Positions 22,618 through 31,696 of a stretch of 64,000 nt of DNA are shown in pieces. Every line of letters starts with the position of its first letter. The stretch's first letter is position 1. The stretch is from an uncultured Schlesneria sp. (lineage in GTDB: Bacteria > Planctomycetota > Planctomycetia > Planctomycetales > Planctomycetaceae). The notes below the pieces were generated by a model. The model searched no databases. It had not been told where the DNA came from and saw only the letters and a program-made list of their open reading frames with translations. The stretch lies in assembly GCA_963977965.1 (NCBI GenBank), contig CAXBSB010000006.1:415-64414 (forward strand), read 5' to 3'. Both the position numbers and the translations under genes were made by a program.

Positions 22618-22848
22618 TTACAGAACCTTGACCAATCGCCATCGCTTCAAGCGTGACAATGGTCGGCTTTCTACGATCTCAACTCGATCACCGAGCTTCG
22701 ACACGTTGTCTTCGTCATGAACGTGACAGACCGTTCGGCGTCGGATCGTCTTGCCATACTTCGGATGTGCCAACACTCGTTCCACTTCCACTCGTCGCGT
22801 CTTGTCCGCGCCGTCCGACTTCACGATTCCGATTTCTCGCTTACGCAT
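22618..22848 (-). CDS. rpsQ: 30S ribosomal protein S17
   Basis: HPKYGKTIRR, HDE.N..K.GD.VEI.ESRPLS..KRWRL. Confidence 0.97.
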   Translation of the reverse strand: MRKREIGIVKSDGADKTRRVEVERVLAHPKYGKTIRRRTVCHVHDEDNVSKLGDRVEIVESRPLSRLKRWRLVKVL

Positions 22849-22955
22849 CTTCCATTCTCGCAATACTTGAAAAGCCTGACCGCTATGTTCACGTTACGCT
22901 GCACATTGTCTTCAGCTTTTCAGACACTGTGCCTCGCCAAGTTTGATCGTAACGA

Positions 22956-23141
22956 TCAGCCCTTGGCCGCTGCAATTTCTCGAGACCGCAATTCGGTCAA
23001 AACACGCGCGATGTCGCGGCGCAGCTTCTTGCATTTGTGGCCGACCGTCTTATCCGAGGCGGCTTTCATCTTTGCTTCGAGCCGCTCGCGACAGGTCTCT
23101 TTCAACTGCAATTCCAGTTGTTCCTGACTCAATTCCTTCAT
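22956..23141 (-). CDS. rpmC: 50S ribosomal protein L29
   Basis: Lies between rplP and rpsQ. C-terminal RRDIARVLT motif, N-terminal half divergent. Confidence 0.88.
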   Translation of the reverse strand: MKELSQEQLELQLKETCRERLEAKMKAASDKTVGHKCKKLRRDIARVLTELRSREIAAAKG

Positions 23142-23178
23142 CGCCCTACCTCAATCGAGTCCACGCGGACTCGTTAGA

Positions 23179-23595
23179 CTACAATGGTGACCGGCCAACC
23201 AATCGGACTCGTACAGGCAATTTATACGCAACACGCGCGAAACATTCACGCGCAGCCGCTTCACTTACCCCTGCCAACTCGAACATCACCTTGCCAGGCC
23301 GAATAACGGCGACCCAGTGATCTGGTTCACCTTTACCAGTACCCATTCGAGTTTCCAGCGGTCGAGCCGTCATTGGTTTGTTTGGGAAAATCCGGATGTA
23401 CAGCTTGCCTTCACCGCGGACATACTGCGAAATCGCCACTCGGCACGCTTCAATCGTGTTCCCTCGAACACGGCCAGCTTCCGTCGCCTGCAGTCCCCAG
23501 TCACCGAACGACACTGTCACTCCGCGACTCGCGTTACCTTTTACGCGCCCTCTTTGCTCTTTGCGGTGCTTTACCCGCTTGGGCATGAGTGCCAT
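23179..23595 (-). CDS. rplP: 50S ribosomal protein L16
   Basis: MALMPKRVKHRK, IEACRVA, RMG.GKG.PD.WVA. Confidence 0.98.
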   Translation of the reverse strand: MALMPKRVKHRKEQRGRVKGNASRGVTVSFGDWGLQATEAGRVRGNTIEACRVAISQYVRGEGKLYIRIFPNKPMTARPLETRMGTGKGEPDHWVAVIRPGKVMFELAGVSEAAARECFARVAYKLPVRVRLVGRSPL

Positions 23596-24235
23596 CGTTC
23601 TGCTCCTGAGTTTCGTATTCGCCGAGATTGATCCACACTTTAACGCCAATTACGCCCATCGTCGTCTTCGCCATGGCGAAACCGTAGTCGATGTGCTTCC
23701 GGATCGTGGACAGCGGGATTGATCCCCGGCTGGCCTTCTCCGTTCGAGACATTTCGGCGCCACCGAGGCGACCCGAAAGCTCTACCTTCATACCATCAAC
23801 GCCCGTCTCCATGACCTGGTCCAGAGACCGTTTCAGGACACGTCGGAAACTTCCACGCTTCACCAACTGCTGCGCGATGTCCTCGGCAACGAGTACCGAC
23901 GATTGCAGTGGCTGGGCGATTTCAACAATCTTCAGATCCATGCGACGGCCGGTGAGGTCTTCCAGCTCAGCTTTGAGCCGATCGACTTCCTGGCCCTTAC
24001 GACCGATGATAATCCCTGGCCGTGCCGTGTGCAGGAATACCACTACCTGATCTCGGGTGCGCTCGATCTCGATTCGAGGAATCGCAGCGAACTCGTATTT
24101 CTTCTTAATGAACTCGCGGAGTTTGAAGTCTTCGATCAGCAGATCCCCGAATTCTGCGCGAGACGCATACCAGCGGCTTCGCCAGTCTTCGACGATCCCG
24201 ACTCGCAACCCCGTCGGTCGAACTTTTTGACCCAT
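23534..24235 (-). CDS. rpsC: 30S ribosomal protein S3
   Basis: MGQKVRPTGLRVG, TARPGIIIGRKG, SGRLGGAEMSR, G.IPLST.R..IDY. Confidence 0.99.
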   Translation of the reverse strand: MGQKVRPTGLRVGIVEDWRSRWYASRAEFGDLLIEDFKLREFIKKKYEFAAIPRIEIERTRDQVVVFLHTARPGIIIGRKGQEVDRLKAELEDLTGRRMDLKIVEIAQPLQSSVLVAEDIAQQLVKRGSFRRVLKRSLDQVMETGVDGMKVELSGRLGGAEMSRTEKASRGSIPLSTIRKHIDYGFAMAKTTMGVIGVKVWINLGEYETQEQNDGTHAQAGKAPQRAKRARKR

Positions 24236-24279
24236 GGAAGGAAACCCTTATACCAACGAACCTGTATCCGTACGCGAAC

Positions 24280-24615
24280 TTATTCCGGTGAGCTGATCGC
24301 GACCGTGATGTGCGACATCCGCTTCTTGATCATAAAGCCCATGCCACGTGCGTGTGGCTGAATGCGCTTCAGCGTCGGTCCCGTATCGACGCCAGCCTTT
24401 GTGACCAGCAGGCTGTCGGCATTTCGGACGTTCTGCTCTTCCGCATTGGCGATCGCACTCTTCAATGCTTTTTCCAGCATGCGTGCCCCACGGTGTGGCA
24501 GGTAACGCAATGTTTCCAATCCGTCTCGCGCTGAGCGACCACGTACCAGGTCGGCAATGTGACGAAGCTTCGTCGGCGAGATCCGGGCATATCGAATAAC
24601 TGCTTGGTAGTCCAT
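24280..24615 (-). CDS. rplV: 50S ribosomal protein L22
   Basis: RYARISP.K.R..ADLVRG, K.LKSAIANAE, GPTLKR..P.ARG. Confidence 0.98.
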   Translation of the reverse strand: MDYQAVIRYARISPTKLRHIADLVRGRSARDGLETLRYLPHRGARMLEKALKSAIANAEEQNVRNADSLLVTKAGVDTGPTLKRIQPHARGMGFMIKKRMSHITVAISSPE

Positions 24616-24643
24616 GACCTGCTCTCAAAAACGGCTTTCAGCC

Positions 24644-24910
24644 TTACTTACCGCCCTTATTCCCGTGACCGCGGAAAGTGCGTGTCAACGAAAATTCGCC
24701 CAACTTGTGTCCAACCATTTCTTCGGTCACGTAGACACTCACGAAAATCTTACCATTGTGCACCATGAACGTGTGCCCAATGAATTCCGGAGAAATCGTC
24801 GACCGGCGAGCCCAAGTCTTAATCGGCTCTTTTTTCCGTCCCTGCTGTGCCGCTGCCTTCGCGATCAACTTCGCGTCGACATACGGACCCTTCTTAAGAC
24901 TACGCCCCAT
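24644..24910 (-). CDS. rpsS: 30S ribosomal protein S19
   Basis: [39 protein letters not shown]. Confidence 0.99.
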   Translation of the reverse strand: MGRSLKKGPYVDAKLIAKAAAQQGRKKEPIKTWARRSTISPEFIGHTFMVHNGKIFVSVYVTEEMVGHKLGEFSLTRTFRGHGNKGGK

Positions 24911-24967
24911 GGTGTTTCGCCCCAGGCCTGCTGGCCCACTCTAAGAACCGTTGAACCAAACTTTGTA

Positions 24968-25825
24968 TTACAGTGAAACCTGTCCGTAACGTCGTGACTT
25001 GCGGCGTCGGATGATTGCATTCCGTGTTGGACGTCGTGGATTACGAGTGCGTCCACCCTTAGCCAGCTTGCCTGTTGGACTAACAGGATGACGACCACCG
25101 GAACGACGGCCTTCACCACCACCCATCGGATGTGCGATTGGATTCATTGCCGAACCGCGGACGTAAGGACGAATCCCCTTGCGTCGAACGCGACCCGCTT
25201 TACCGATCGAAATCATCGAGTGCTCAGAGAACCCGAGAACACCGATCGTCGCCCGGCATTCTGATGGAACACGACGAACTTCGCCAGAAGGCAGCGTAAT
25301 CTGAGCCCAGCTTCCCTCGGTCGCGTTCATAACCGCCGACACACCGGCACTGCGGCACAACTGACCACCGCGGCCTGGTTGCAGTTCGATATTGTGAATC
25401 GACGTCCCGACCGGGATCAGTCGCAGTGGCATGCAGTTCCCGAGCAACGGTTCGCAATCGGTTCCGCTCTGAATCCGAGCCCCTGCAGCCAAACCTTCCG
25501 GAGCGAGGATGTAGGCCTTCTCGCCATCATCGTACTGCAGCAGCGCGATGCGTGCGGTTCGGTTTGGATCGTACTCGATGTGAGTCACCAAGGCGCCGAC
25601 GCCATCTTTACATCGTCGGAAGTCGATTTCGCGGAACAGGATACGTGAACCACCACCACGATGGCGGCAAGTAATCTTACCCTGGAAGTTTCGTCCGCCA
25701 CGACGCTTAAAGCGTGTGGTCAACGACTTCTCGGGTCGCTTCTTCTTGTCGGTAATATCAGCGAAATCGCTGACCTGACCGCCACGGCGACCTGCACTCG
25801 TCGGCTTGTAGGTTCGAATCCCCAT
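24968..25825 (-). CDS. rplB: 50S ribosomal protein L2
   Basis: YKPTSAGRR, IEYDPNRTARIAL, VRGSAMNPIAHPMGGGEG. Confidence 0.99.
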   Translation of the reverse strand: MGIRTYKPTSAGRRGGQVSDFADITDKKKRPEKSLTTRFKRRGGRNFQGKITCRHRGGGSRILFREIDFRRCKDGVGALVTHIEYDPNRTARIALLQYDDGEKAYILAPEGLAAGARIQSGTDCEPLLGNCMPLRLIPVGTSIHNIELQPGRGGQLCRSAGVSAVMNATEGSWAQITLPSGEVRRVPSECRATIGVLGFSEHSMISIGKAGRVRRKGIRPYVRGSAMNPIAHPMGGGEGRRSGGRHPVSPTGKLAKGGRTRNPRRPTRNAIIRRRKSRRYGQVSL

Positions 25826-25872
25826 GCTACCTAACCTTCACTCAATCCACGGAATATTCAAAAACTGTTTGC

Positions 25873-26175
25873 TTAGAACAGGGCAATACGATCATCTTCA
25901 TGCAGCGTCACCAAAGCACGCTTCGTCGGAGCGGTCTCAGCAATCATGGCTTTAAAACGCCGAGCCTTGCCGACGCGATTCTGGATCCGTACACCAACAA
26001 CCCGGACATTCCAGTGCTGCTCGACAGCCTCTTTCACGTCCTGCTTTGTTGCAGATGTGCTGACCAGAAAGCAGAACGTGTTTCGACGCTCTGACAGATG
26101 CATCGTCTTTTCAGTGATCAGCGGTCGCAACAGCACCTGATGCCCGCTCAACTCGAAGCCAATTTCACCCGCCAT
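25873..26175 (-). CDS. rplW: 50S ribosomal protein L23
   Basis: LRPLITEKT, ATKQDVKEAVE..WNV.V. Confidence 0.96.
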   Translation of the reverse strand: MAGEIGFELSGHQVLLRPLITEKTMHLSERRNTFCFLVSTSATKQDVKEAVEQHWNVRVVGVRIQNRVGKARRFKAMIAETAPTKRALVTLHEDDRIALF

Positions 26176-26210
26176 CTCTCAACCCCTAATCCTTGAATCA
26201 ACCTCGACAA

Positions 26211-26852
26211 TCAGACGGCAGGCCGTGCACACCGAGCACGGAATCGTTCGATTGCATCGACCGTCACAACCAGGTAGCGATTCCGCAACAAGGTCGCAGC
26301 ATTCCATTCGGTAGCCGGAACCAGCGAGCACTTTTCGATGTTGCGAACAGATTTCCAGGCGACTGGACTCGATTCAGCAACGCCGATCACGCACGAGGCT
26401 TCACCGACACCGATTTTGGTGAGCATCTGTGCGATTGGTTTGGTCTTAGGCTCAGTGATCGTCAAAGACTTCAGCACGAACAACTCGCCGTCACGCACCT
26501 TGCTGGCAAACGCCATTGCGGCGGCGCGACGTAGGGCCTTTCGAGGGAGGCGATAGCTCCAGTCTTTCGGTCGCTTGGCGAAGCAATGTCCACCGCCACG
26601 GCGAATTGGAGTTCGCTTGTTACCCATACGGGCGTTACCCGTACCCTTTTGCTTGTACATCTTCTTCGAGCTGCCCGAGACTTCAGCTCGAGACTTCGTC
26701 TTAGATGTCCCGGTTCGCTGATTGGAGCCGTACATTACGACAGCTTCGTGCAACAGGCGATCGGAAATCACTGCTGAAAATTCGGCTGGATCGATCACAC
26801 AGGTTTCACCAGTGGGAACGCCAGACTGATCGTAAATTGGAAAGGAAGACAT
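26211..26852 (-). CDS. rplD: 50S ribosomal protein L4
   Basis: TKSRAEVSGS.KK.YKQKGTGNARMG, RGGG, WKSVRNI. Confidence 0.97.
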   Translation of the reverse strand: MSSFPIYDQSGVPTGETCVIDPAEFSAVISDRLLHEAVVMYGSNQRTGTSKTKSRAEVSGSSKKMYKQKGTGNARMGNKRTPIRRGGGHCFAKRPKDWSYRLPRKALRRAAAMAFASKVRDGELFVLKSLTITEPKTKPIAQMLTKIGVGEASCVIGVAESSPVAWKSVRNIEKCSLVPATEWNAATLLRNRYLVVTVDAIERFRARCARPAV

Positions 26853-26912
26853 TGTCACCACCGTGTTGTCAGCCAACATCGAAAGAAGTACCGCCCGAAG
26901 CACCAAGCTTGC

Positions 26913-27572
26913 TTAGTAGCAGTTGGTTTCTCGAACGACCACATAGCCGCCAGCGTAGCCAGGGATTGCACCCTTCACCAGGAGCACTCCTGCTTCAGCA
27001 TCAGCCGCCCACACCTTCAGGCCGCGAACCGTGACGCGAACGCCACCCATGCGACCAGGCATCTTTGTACCCTTAAACACCTTGCCTGGGTCTGTGCTCT
27101 GACCGGTGGAACCCCCGGATCGATGCACTTTCTTAACCCCATGGCTGGCACAGACACCACCAAAGTGATGCCGCTTCATCACACCTGCGAAGCCGCGACC
27201 CTTGGAAACGCCGATGATATCAACCTTCGGAATTCCATCGAGTTCAGCAACCGTCAAAACCTGACCGACAGAATAAGCGGGAGCATCACGAAACTCGCGA
27301 ATAAACCGCTTTGGTTCACAGTTCGGTCGCTCAGTCTTGCCGGGACGAGCCGCATCCAGCACCGTCATCATCCCTCGCTCTGCCCGGGTGGACAGCCGAC
27401 GAGGCTTATCTTCAAAACCGAGCTGAGCAGCGGAGTAGCCATCGCGCTCAACGGTGCGCAACCGCAGGACAACGCATGGACCAGTCGCAACAACGGTCAA
27501 TGGTACAACCACACCCTTGCTGTCGAACACCTGCGTCATGCCGACTTTGCGACCGAGCAACCCCTTAGCCAT
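26913..27572 (-). CDS. rplC: 50S ribosomal protein L3
   Basis: GLLGRKVGMTQVF, SKGRGFAGVMKRH.F, VFKG.KMPG.MG. Confidence 0.98.
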   Translation of the reverse strand: MAKGLLGRKVGMTQVFDSKGVVVPLTVVATGPCVVLRLRTVERDGYSAAQLGFEDKPRRLSTRAERGMMTVLDAARPGKTERPNCEPKRFIREFRDAPAYSVGQVLTVAELDGIPKVDIIGVSKGRGFAGVMKRHHFGGVCASHGVKKVHRSGGSTGQSTDPGKVFKGTKMPGRMGGVRVTVRGLKVWAADAEAGVLLVKGAIPGYAGGYVVVRETNCY

Positions 27573-27627
27573 TACTGACACCCCAACCCAACTAAGTCAA
27601 TTTTCAACAAAAGAACACAAGCTGGCA

Positions 27628-27954
27628 TCAGTTTACTGACGCACGAATCTTGACATCCACGCCCGCTGGAAGCGACAGCTTGTTCAAAGCGTCGATGGTC
27701 TTCCCGGTCGGCTGGATGATGTCAACGAGCCGCTTATGAGTACGAATTTCGAATTGTTCCCGCGATTTTTTGTCAATGTGCGGACTTCGCAGAACAGTAT
27801 AACGCTCGATACGAGTCGGCAGCGGGACTGGACCGTGAACAACCGCCCCGGTTCGCTTGGCCGTATCTACGATTTCTGCCGCAGACTGGTCCAGAACGGA
27901 GTGATCGTACGATTCCATGCGAATTCGAATTTTTTCTTGCCTGGATCCTGACAC
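27628..27954 (-). CDS. rpsJ: 30S ribosomal protein S10
   Basis: [43 protein letters not shown] start at 27954 preferred. Confidence 0.99.
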   Translation of the reverse strand: MSGSRQEKIRIRMESYDHSVLDQSAAEIVDTAKRTGAVVHGPVPLPTRIERYTVLRSPHIDKKSREQFEIRTHKRLVDIIQPTGKTIDALNKLSLPAGVDVKIRASVN

Positions 27955-28007
27955 GCCCAAAATCCTCTCAAACAAAATATCGGTAGCCCCGAAATGGGGA
28001 ACCGGAG

Positions 28008-28036
28008 ATCGTATTGGGAGTTGCTTTGAATGTCAA
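28008..28036 (-). promoter_or_regulatory. Sigma70-type promoter of the S10 operon
   Basis: Minus strand TTGACA-N17-TACGAT, about 55 bp upstream of rpsJ. Confidence 0.8.
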
Positions 28037-28289
28037 CGATACCGAAGGCGTTTCATTTTCAGAATTCTTGGCGATCGGAAGGCACGCTGAATAGATTTAC
28101 AGGGCATTCATCGGGAAAAAGTACGGGTTCTACCGAGATTACCAGATTTGACGGGTGATTCTCCAGTTTTGAGAAATCGGGAATTGGATAATGACGGCGT
28201 CATCGAAATGGTTAGAATCCAAAAATCGGTGGTCAGGAGAACAAAACCCACGGCCTGATCCATCGGAGAATTCAGCCAGGAGAGCGAAG

Positions 28290-28466
28290 ATGAGTGAGCC
28301 GGAAGCATTGTCACCTGTTCAAGAGGGCCGCTACCACAACTATCTGGGGAACAGTATCCCTTGGTACGTACGGGTGTTATGGCTCTGCTTCTGGGTCGGC
28401 GCGATCAGTTACGTATTCCAGTACCTTTTGCCGGCATTGCAGTCAGAACTCGTTTCCCCTCCGTGA
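28290..28466 (+). CDS. Small single-TM membrane protein
   Basis: RBS AGGAGA before ATG 28290. EGRYHNYLGNSIPWYVRVLWLCFW followed by a TM helix. Confidence 0.7.
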   Translation: MSEPEALSPVQEGRYHNYLGNSIPWYVRVLWLCFWVGAISYVFQYLLPALQSELVSPP

Positions 28467-28577
28467 CGTCTCGCATAAAATTCGCCCTGCGATCCCCTTG
28501 TGTTGGCCAAGGCGAGTCTGTAAGTGACACTAGCGTCACGCGTTACGCTGCACGTATTTCGACTGAATCTCATTGAA

Positions 28578-29027
28578 ATGTCTGTACCGGTGTCATCTTC
28601 ATTGGCGAGTGCAGACGCTCCGCAGCCAGCGCGCCGCAAGTGGTCGATGGCGCTGATCAATTTCTGGCTCGATGTCGCCCTGCTCGTCGCATTCACCTTT
28701 GTAGGCTGGATCACGGCGACATTGCAGGCGGTGTTCCCCGAACCGACATCGAGCGCGGGCTGGTCGCTATGGGGAATGAACTTCAATCAGTGGTACGACA
28801 TCCAATTCTACGCGATCTGTTTTTTTGCGTTTCTCGTTCTTGTGCACGTAATGCTGCACTGGAATTGGGTTTGCAACGTTATCGCCGCTCAGGTGCTGCG
28901 AGTGAAAACACGACCTGACGACGGGCTGCAGACGATTTACGGCGTTGGCTTGATGATTGTGTTGCTGAATTTGATTGTTGGCGGCGTCATTGCGGCCATT
29001 CTCACCGTCAGGCATCCGGCGTTTTGA
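28578..29027 (+). CDS. DUF4405 domain-containing membrane protein
   Basis: INFWLDVALL...LVHVMLHWNWV pattern with three TM segments. Confidence 0.75.
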   Translation: MSVPVSSSLASADAPQPARRKWSMALINFWLDVALLVAFTFVGWITATLQAVFPEPTSSAGWSLWGMNFNQWYDIQFYAICFFAFLVLVHVMLHWNWVCNVIAAQVLRVKTRPDDGLQTIYGVGLMIVLLNLIVGGVIAAILTVRHPAF

Positions 29028-29037
29028 TAGGGAATCT

Positions 29038-30063
29038 GTGTCGGGAACTGATCGTTTTCTTGTTCTTCCGCCATTCCATCCGCCGTGGTGGTTAAGTGGA
29101 GGGCATCGACAGACGCTCGCCGCAGCATACTGGTTCGGCGACCTTGCAGACTATCGCGCTGTCCCTCGACAAATCACACTTAACGATGGCGACATCGTCG
29201 TGATTCACGACGACTGCCCTGAAACTTGGCGTCCCGGTCAGCGAGTCGCCCTTTTGATGCATGGACTGAGTGGAAGCCACCAAAGTCCGTTACTCGTTAG
29301 ATTGGCGACAAAACTGACACGACAAGGGGTTCGCGTCTTTCGCTGGGATCTACGTGGCTGCGGAGCCGGTGTTGGGCTAGCCCGTTTTCCATATCACGCA
29401 GGACGATCGGATGATCTCGATCAGGTTATTCGAAATATCGTCAACTGGTGTTCCCCAGAAGACGGGGTAACTTCTGCATACCTGAGTTTGTTTGGAGTCT
29501 CACTGAGCGGAAATATTCTTCTGAAATACCTGGGAGAAACGCCTGATCGTGTCCCCCGTCAGGTCAGTCAGGCAATCTCGGTCAATCCCCCCATCGATCT
29601 GTTGTGCAGTGTCAGTGCATTAGGTGGTCCATTAACCAGTTGGTATGACCGTCATTTCGTGGCGAAACTTTCCCACGATCTCAAGGTCCGCCGTCTGCAG
29701 CGTCCTGATGCTCCGATGCCCGAGTCCGTGTTGAAACCACGTGGCCTGATGCAGTTTGACGATTGGTACACGGCTCCCGTCAGTGGTTACTCAACGGCAC
29801 ATGAATACTATTCCAAATGCAGTGCGAAGCAGTTCATGCCTCACATTCGTGTTCCGACGACGGTGATTACGTCGAGTGACGATCCGATGGTCCCGCTGTC
29901 ATCCATCACCTCAACCGCAGATCAGTGGGGAGACTGCGTGCGACTTGCTGTCGCTTCGGGAGGTGGCCATGTGGGGTATATCGCTCGACGCGGGCCTGAC
30001 CCCGATGAGTTCTGGCTCGACTGGCGAATCGTTGATCTGATCACAAGCAACGCACACGCTTGA
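29038..30063 (+). CDS. YheT-family alpha/beta hydrolase
   Basis: GGHRQT, LMHGLSGS, WDLRGCG, YHAGRSDDL, GVSLSGNILLKYLGE, DDPMV, GGHVGY. Confidence 0.9.
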   Translation: MSGTDRFLVLPPFHPPWWLSGGHRQTLAAAYWFGDLADYRAVPRQITLNDGDIVVIHDDCPETWRPGQRVALLMHGLSGSHQSPLLVRLATKLTRQGVRVFRWDLRGCGAGVGLARFPYHAGRSDDLDQVIRNIVNWCSPEDGVTSAYLSLFGVSLSGNILLKYLGETPDRVPRQVSQAISVNPPIDLLCSVSALGGPLTSWYDRHFVAKLSHDLKVRRLQRPDAPMPESVLKPRGLMQFDDWYTAPVSGYSTAHEYYSKCSAKQFMPHIRVPTTVITSSDDPMVPLSSITSTADQWGDCVRLAVASGGGHVGYIARRGPDPDEFWLDWRIVDLITSNAHA

Positions 30064-30139
30064 AGCGTCGGGTTGCTCGGTGTAACGCATCAATCATCGC
30101 CGGGTTTCAGTGTCGATGGTATCACGGTATTCTGTCGTC

Positions 30140-30418
30140 ATGAACGAAGTTGTACCACCAGCCGAATCGCTTCCGATGAGTGTTCGCTTCAGAAATTATC
30201 TGAAGGAACTGGCGCTTCGCATTGTGGTCTACCTCGTTCTTTACTTGCTGATTTCCATTGCCACGATTGGCCCGTTCTTCTGGTATTGGTTTGAAGCAAC
30301 GTATGTGGGGGGCGAACGATGGATTGCAAAATTCTATGCCCCATTACTCTGGCTCTGTGACAGTTGCCCCCCCTTAAGCTGGCTCGTTAACCATTATGTC
30401 GACTGGTGGATCAAGTAG
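30140..30418 (+). CDS. Hypothetical membrane protein
   Basis: 92-aa ORF with a TM segment and 'FYAPLLWLCD..P.....YVDWW' tail. Co-oriented with neighbours. Confidence 0.65.
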   Translation: MNEVVPPAESLPMSVRFRNYLKELALRIVVYLVLYLLISIATIGPFFWYWFEATYVGGERWIAKFYAPLLWLCDSCPPLSWLVNHYVDWWIK

Positions 30419-30484
30419 GTCCGCAGGTTCTGGACATACTTCCACAATCCCCTTGGATCTGCCAGGGGAAAGAAATGCAACTTG

Positions 30485-31696
30485 ATGACTGCTGCTTCGA
30501 CAAATGGCGATGCCAATCCTGAAGGAACCGAGGAAGAGCGGGAAGAATGCCGCGTACTTCGAGAGCTGCGTGAAACCCCCGAAATTCTCGGTCTGATCGC
30601 GGATTGGAAGGGGGCAGAACTGGGGTTGCAATCGCGTCTGCGACGCCAGTTCCCCGATGCACTGGTTCGTGCCGCCATGTCATTGCACGAATTGCGAAAG
30701 CGGGCCGCATCCAAGTTCACCCGATCCACAGAGATGTGGTTTGATCGCCGGGGCATGGAGCAATCCACCGCTGAGCCTGTTGCTCGCCACAAGGCTCGTC
30801 GATTTAAGGAATCCGTCTGGGATCTCTGTTCGGGAATCGGTGGGGATTCCATCGCACTCGCCGAACATTGCCAGGTCACAGCAATCGATTTGAATCCTGC
30901 CTCGTGTCTGCGTACGGAATGGAATGCCGAAGTTTACGGAGTTCGTGATCGCTTGCAGACACGCTGCGCAGATGTGCTGGCGCTCGGCGAGCTTGGCGGA
31001 TTAGTCCACATCGACCCGGATCGACGCGTGGGGACGGAAGGAAAGGCGTCACGGATCGAGAACTATGTTCCAGGAGTGCCCGAACTGCTCGATCTGATGT
31101 CACGATGCCGTGGGGGAGCGATCAAGGTGGGACCCGCCAGCAACTTTGGTGGCAAGTTCCCGAATACGGAAATCGAATTGATCAGCCTGTCGGGTGAATG
31201 TAAAGAAGCGACCGTCTGGTTTGGTGAACTCGCTGGTCGTCAGCCCTTTCGAGCAACCGTTCTTCCGTCCGGAGAGACAATCTCAGGACATCCGCTGGAC
31301 GCCGTTGCGATTCAAGCTCCGTTAGGACGCTATCTTTTCGACCCTGATCCGGCCGTGGTTCGAGCGGGCCTGACGGATCTTGTTGCACAACAACTGGGCC
31401 TGAATCGACTTGACGGTGCCGAAGAGTATCTGACTGGTGACAACCTCGTCAGCAGCGGATTCGTTCAGACGTTTGAAGTTCTGGCCGAGCTTGCAAACAA
31501 CGAACAGGCTTTGAGAGCCTGGTTGCGAACTTCAGACTTCGGCCAGGTCGAAATCAAATGTCGCCATATACCGATTCAGGCCGAAACATTACGTAAGCGG
31601 TTGCCTCTGCCGGGAAATCAGCGTGGTGTCGTGATTTTCGCAAGAATCGGCGGTAAATCTCGCATCGTTTGCGCACGTCGAGTTGCCTCGATATGA
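30485..31696 (+). CDS. Class I SAM-dependent methyltransferase with C-terminal THUMP-like domain
   Basis: MEQSTAEPVARHKA, VWDLCSGIGGDSIALA, HIDPDRR, LFDPDPAVVRAG. Confidence 0.85.
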   Translation: MTAASTNGDANPEGTEEEREECRVLRELRETPEILGLIADWKGAELGLQSRLRRQFPDALVRAAMSLHELRKRAASKFTRSTEMWFDRRGMEQSTAEPVARHKARRFKESVWDLCSGIGGDSIALAEHCQVTAIDLNPASCLRTEWNAEVYGVRDRLQTRCADVLALGELGGLVHIDPDRRVGTEGKASRIENYVPGVPELLDLMSRCRGGAIKVGPASNFGGKFPNTEIELISLSGECKEATVWFGELAGRQPFRATVLPSGETISGHPLDAVAIQAPLGRYLFDPDPAVVRAGLTDLVAQQLGLNRLDGAEEYLTGDNLVSSGFVQTFEVLAELANNEQALRAWLRTSDFGQVEIKCRHIPIQAETLRKRLPLPGNQRGVVIFARIGGKSRIVCARRVASI

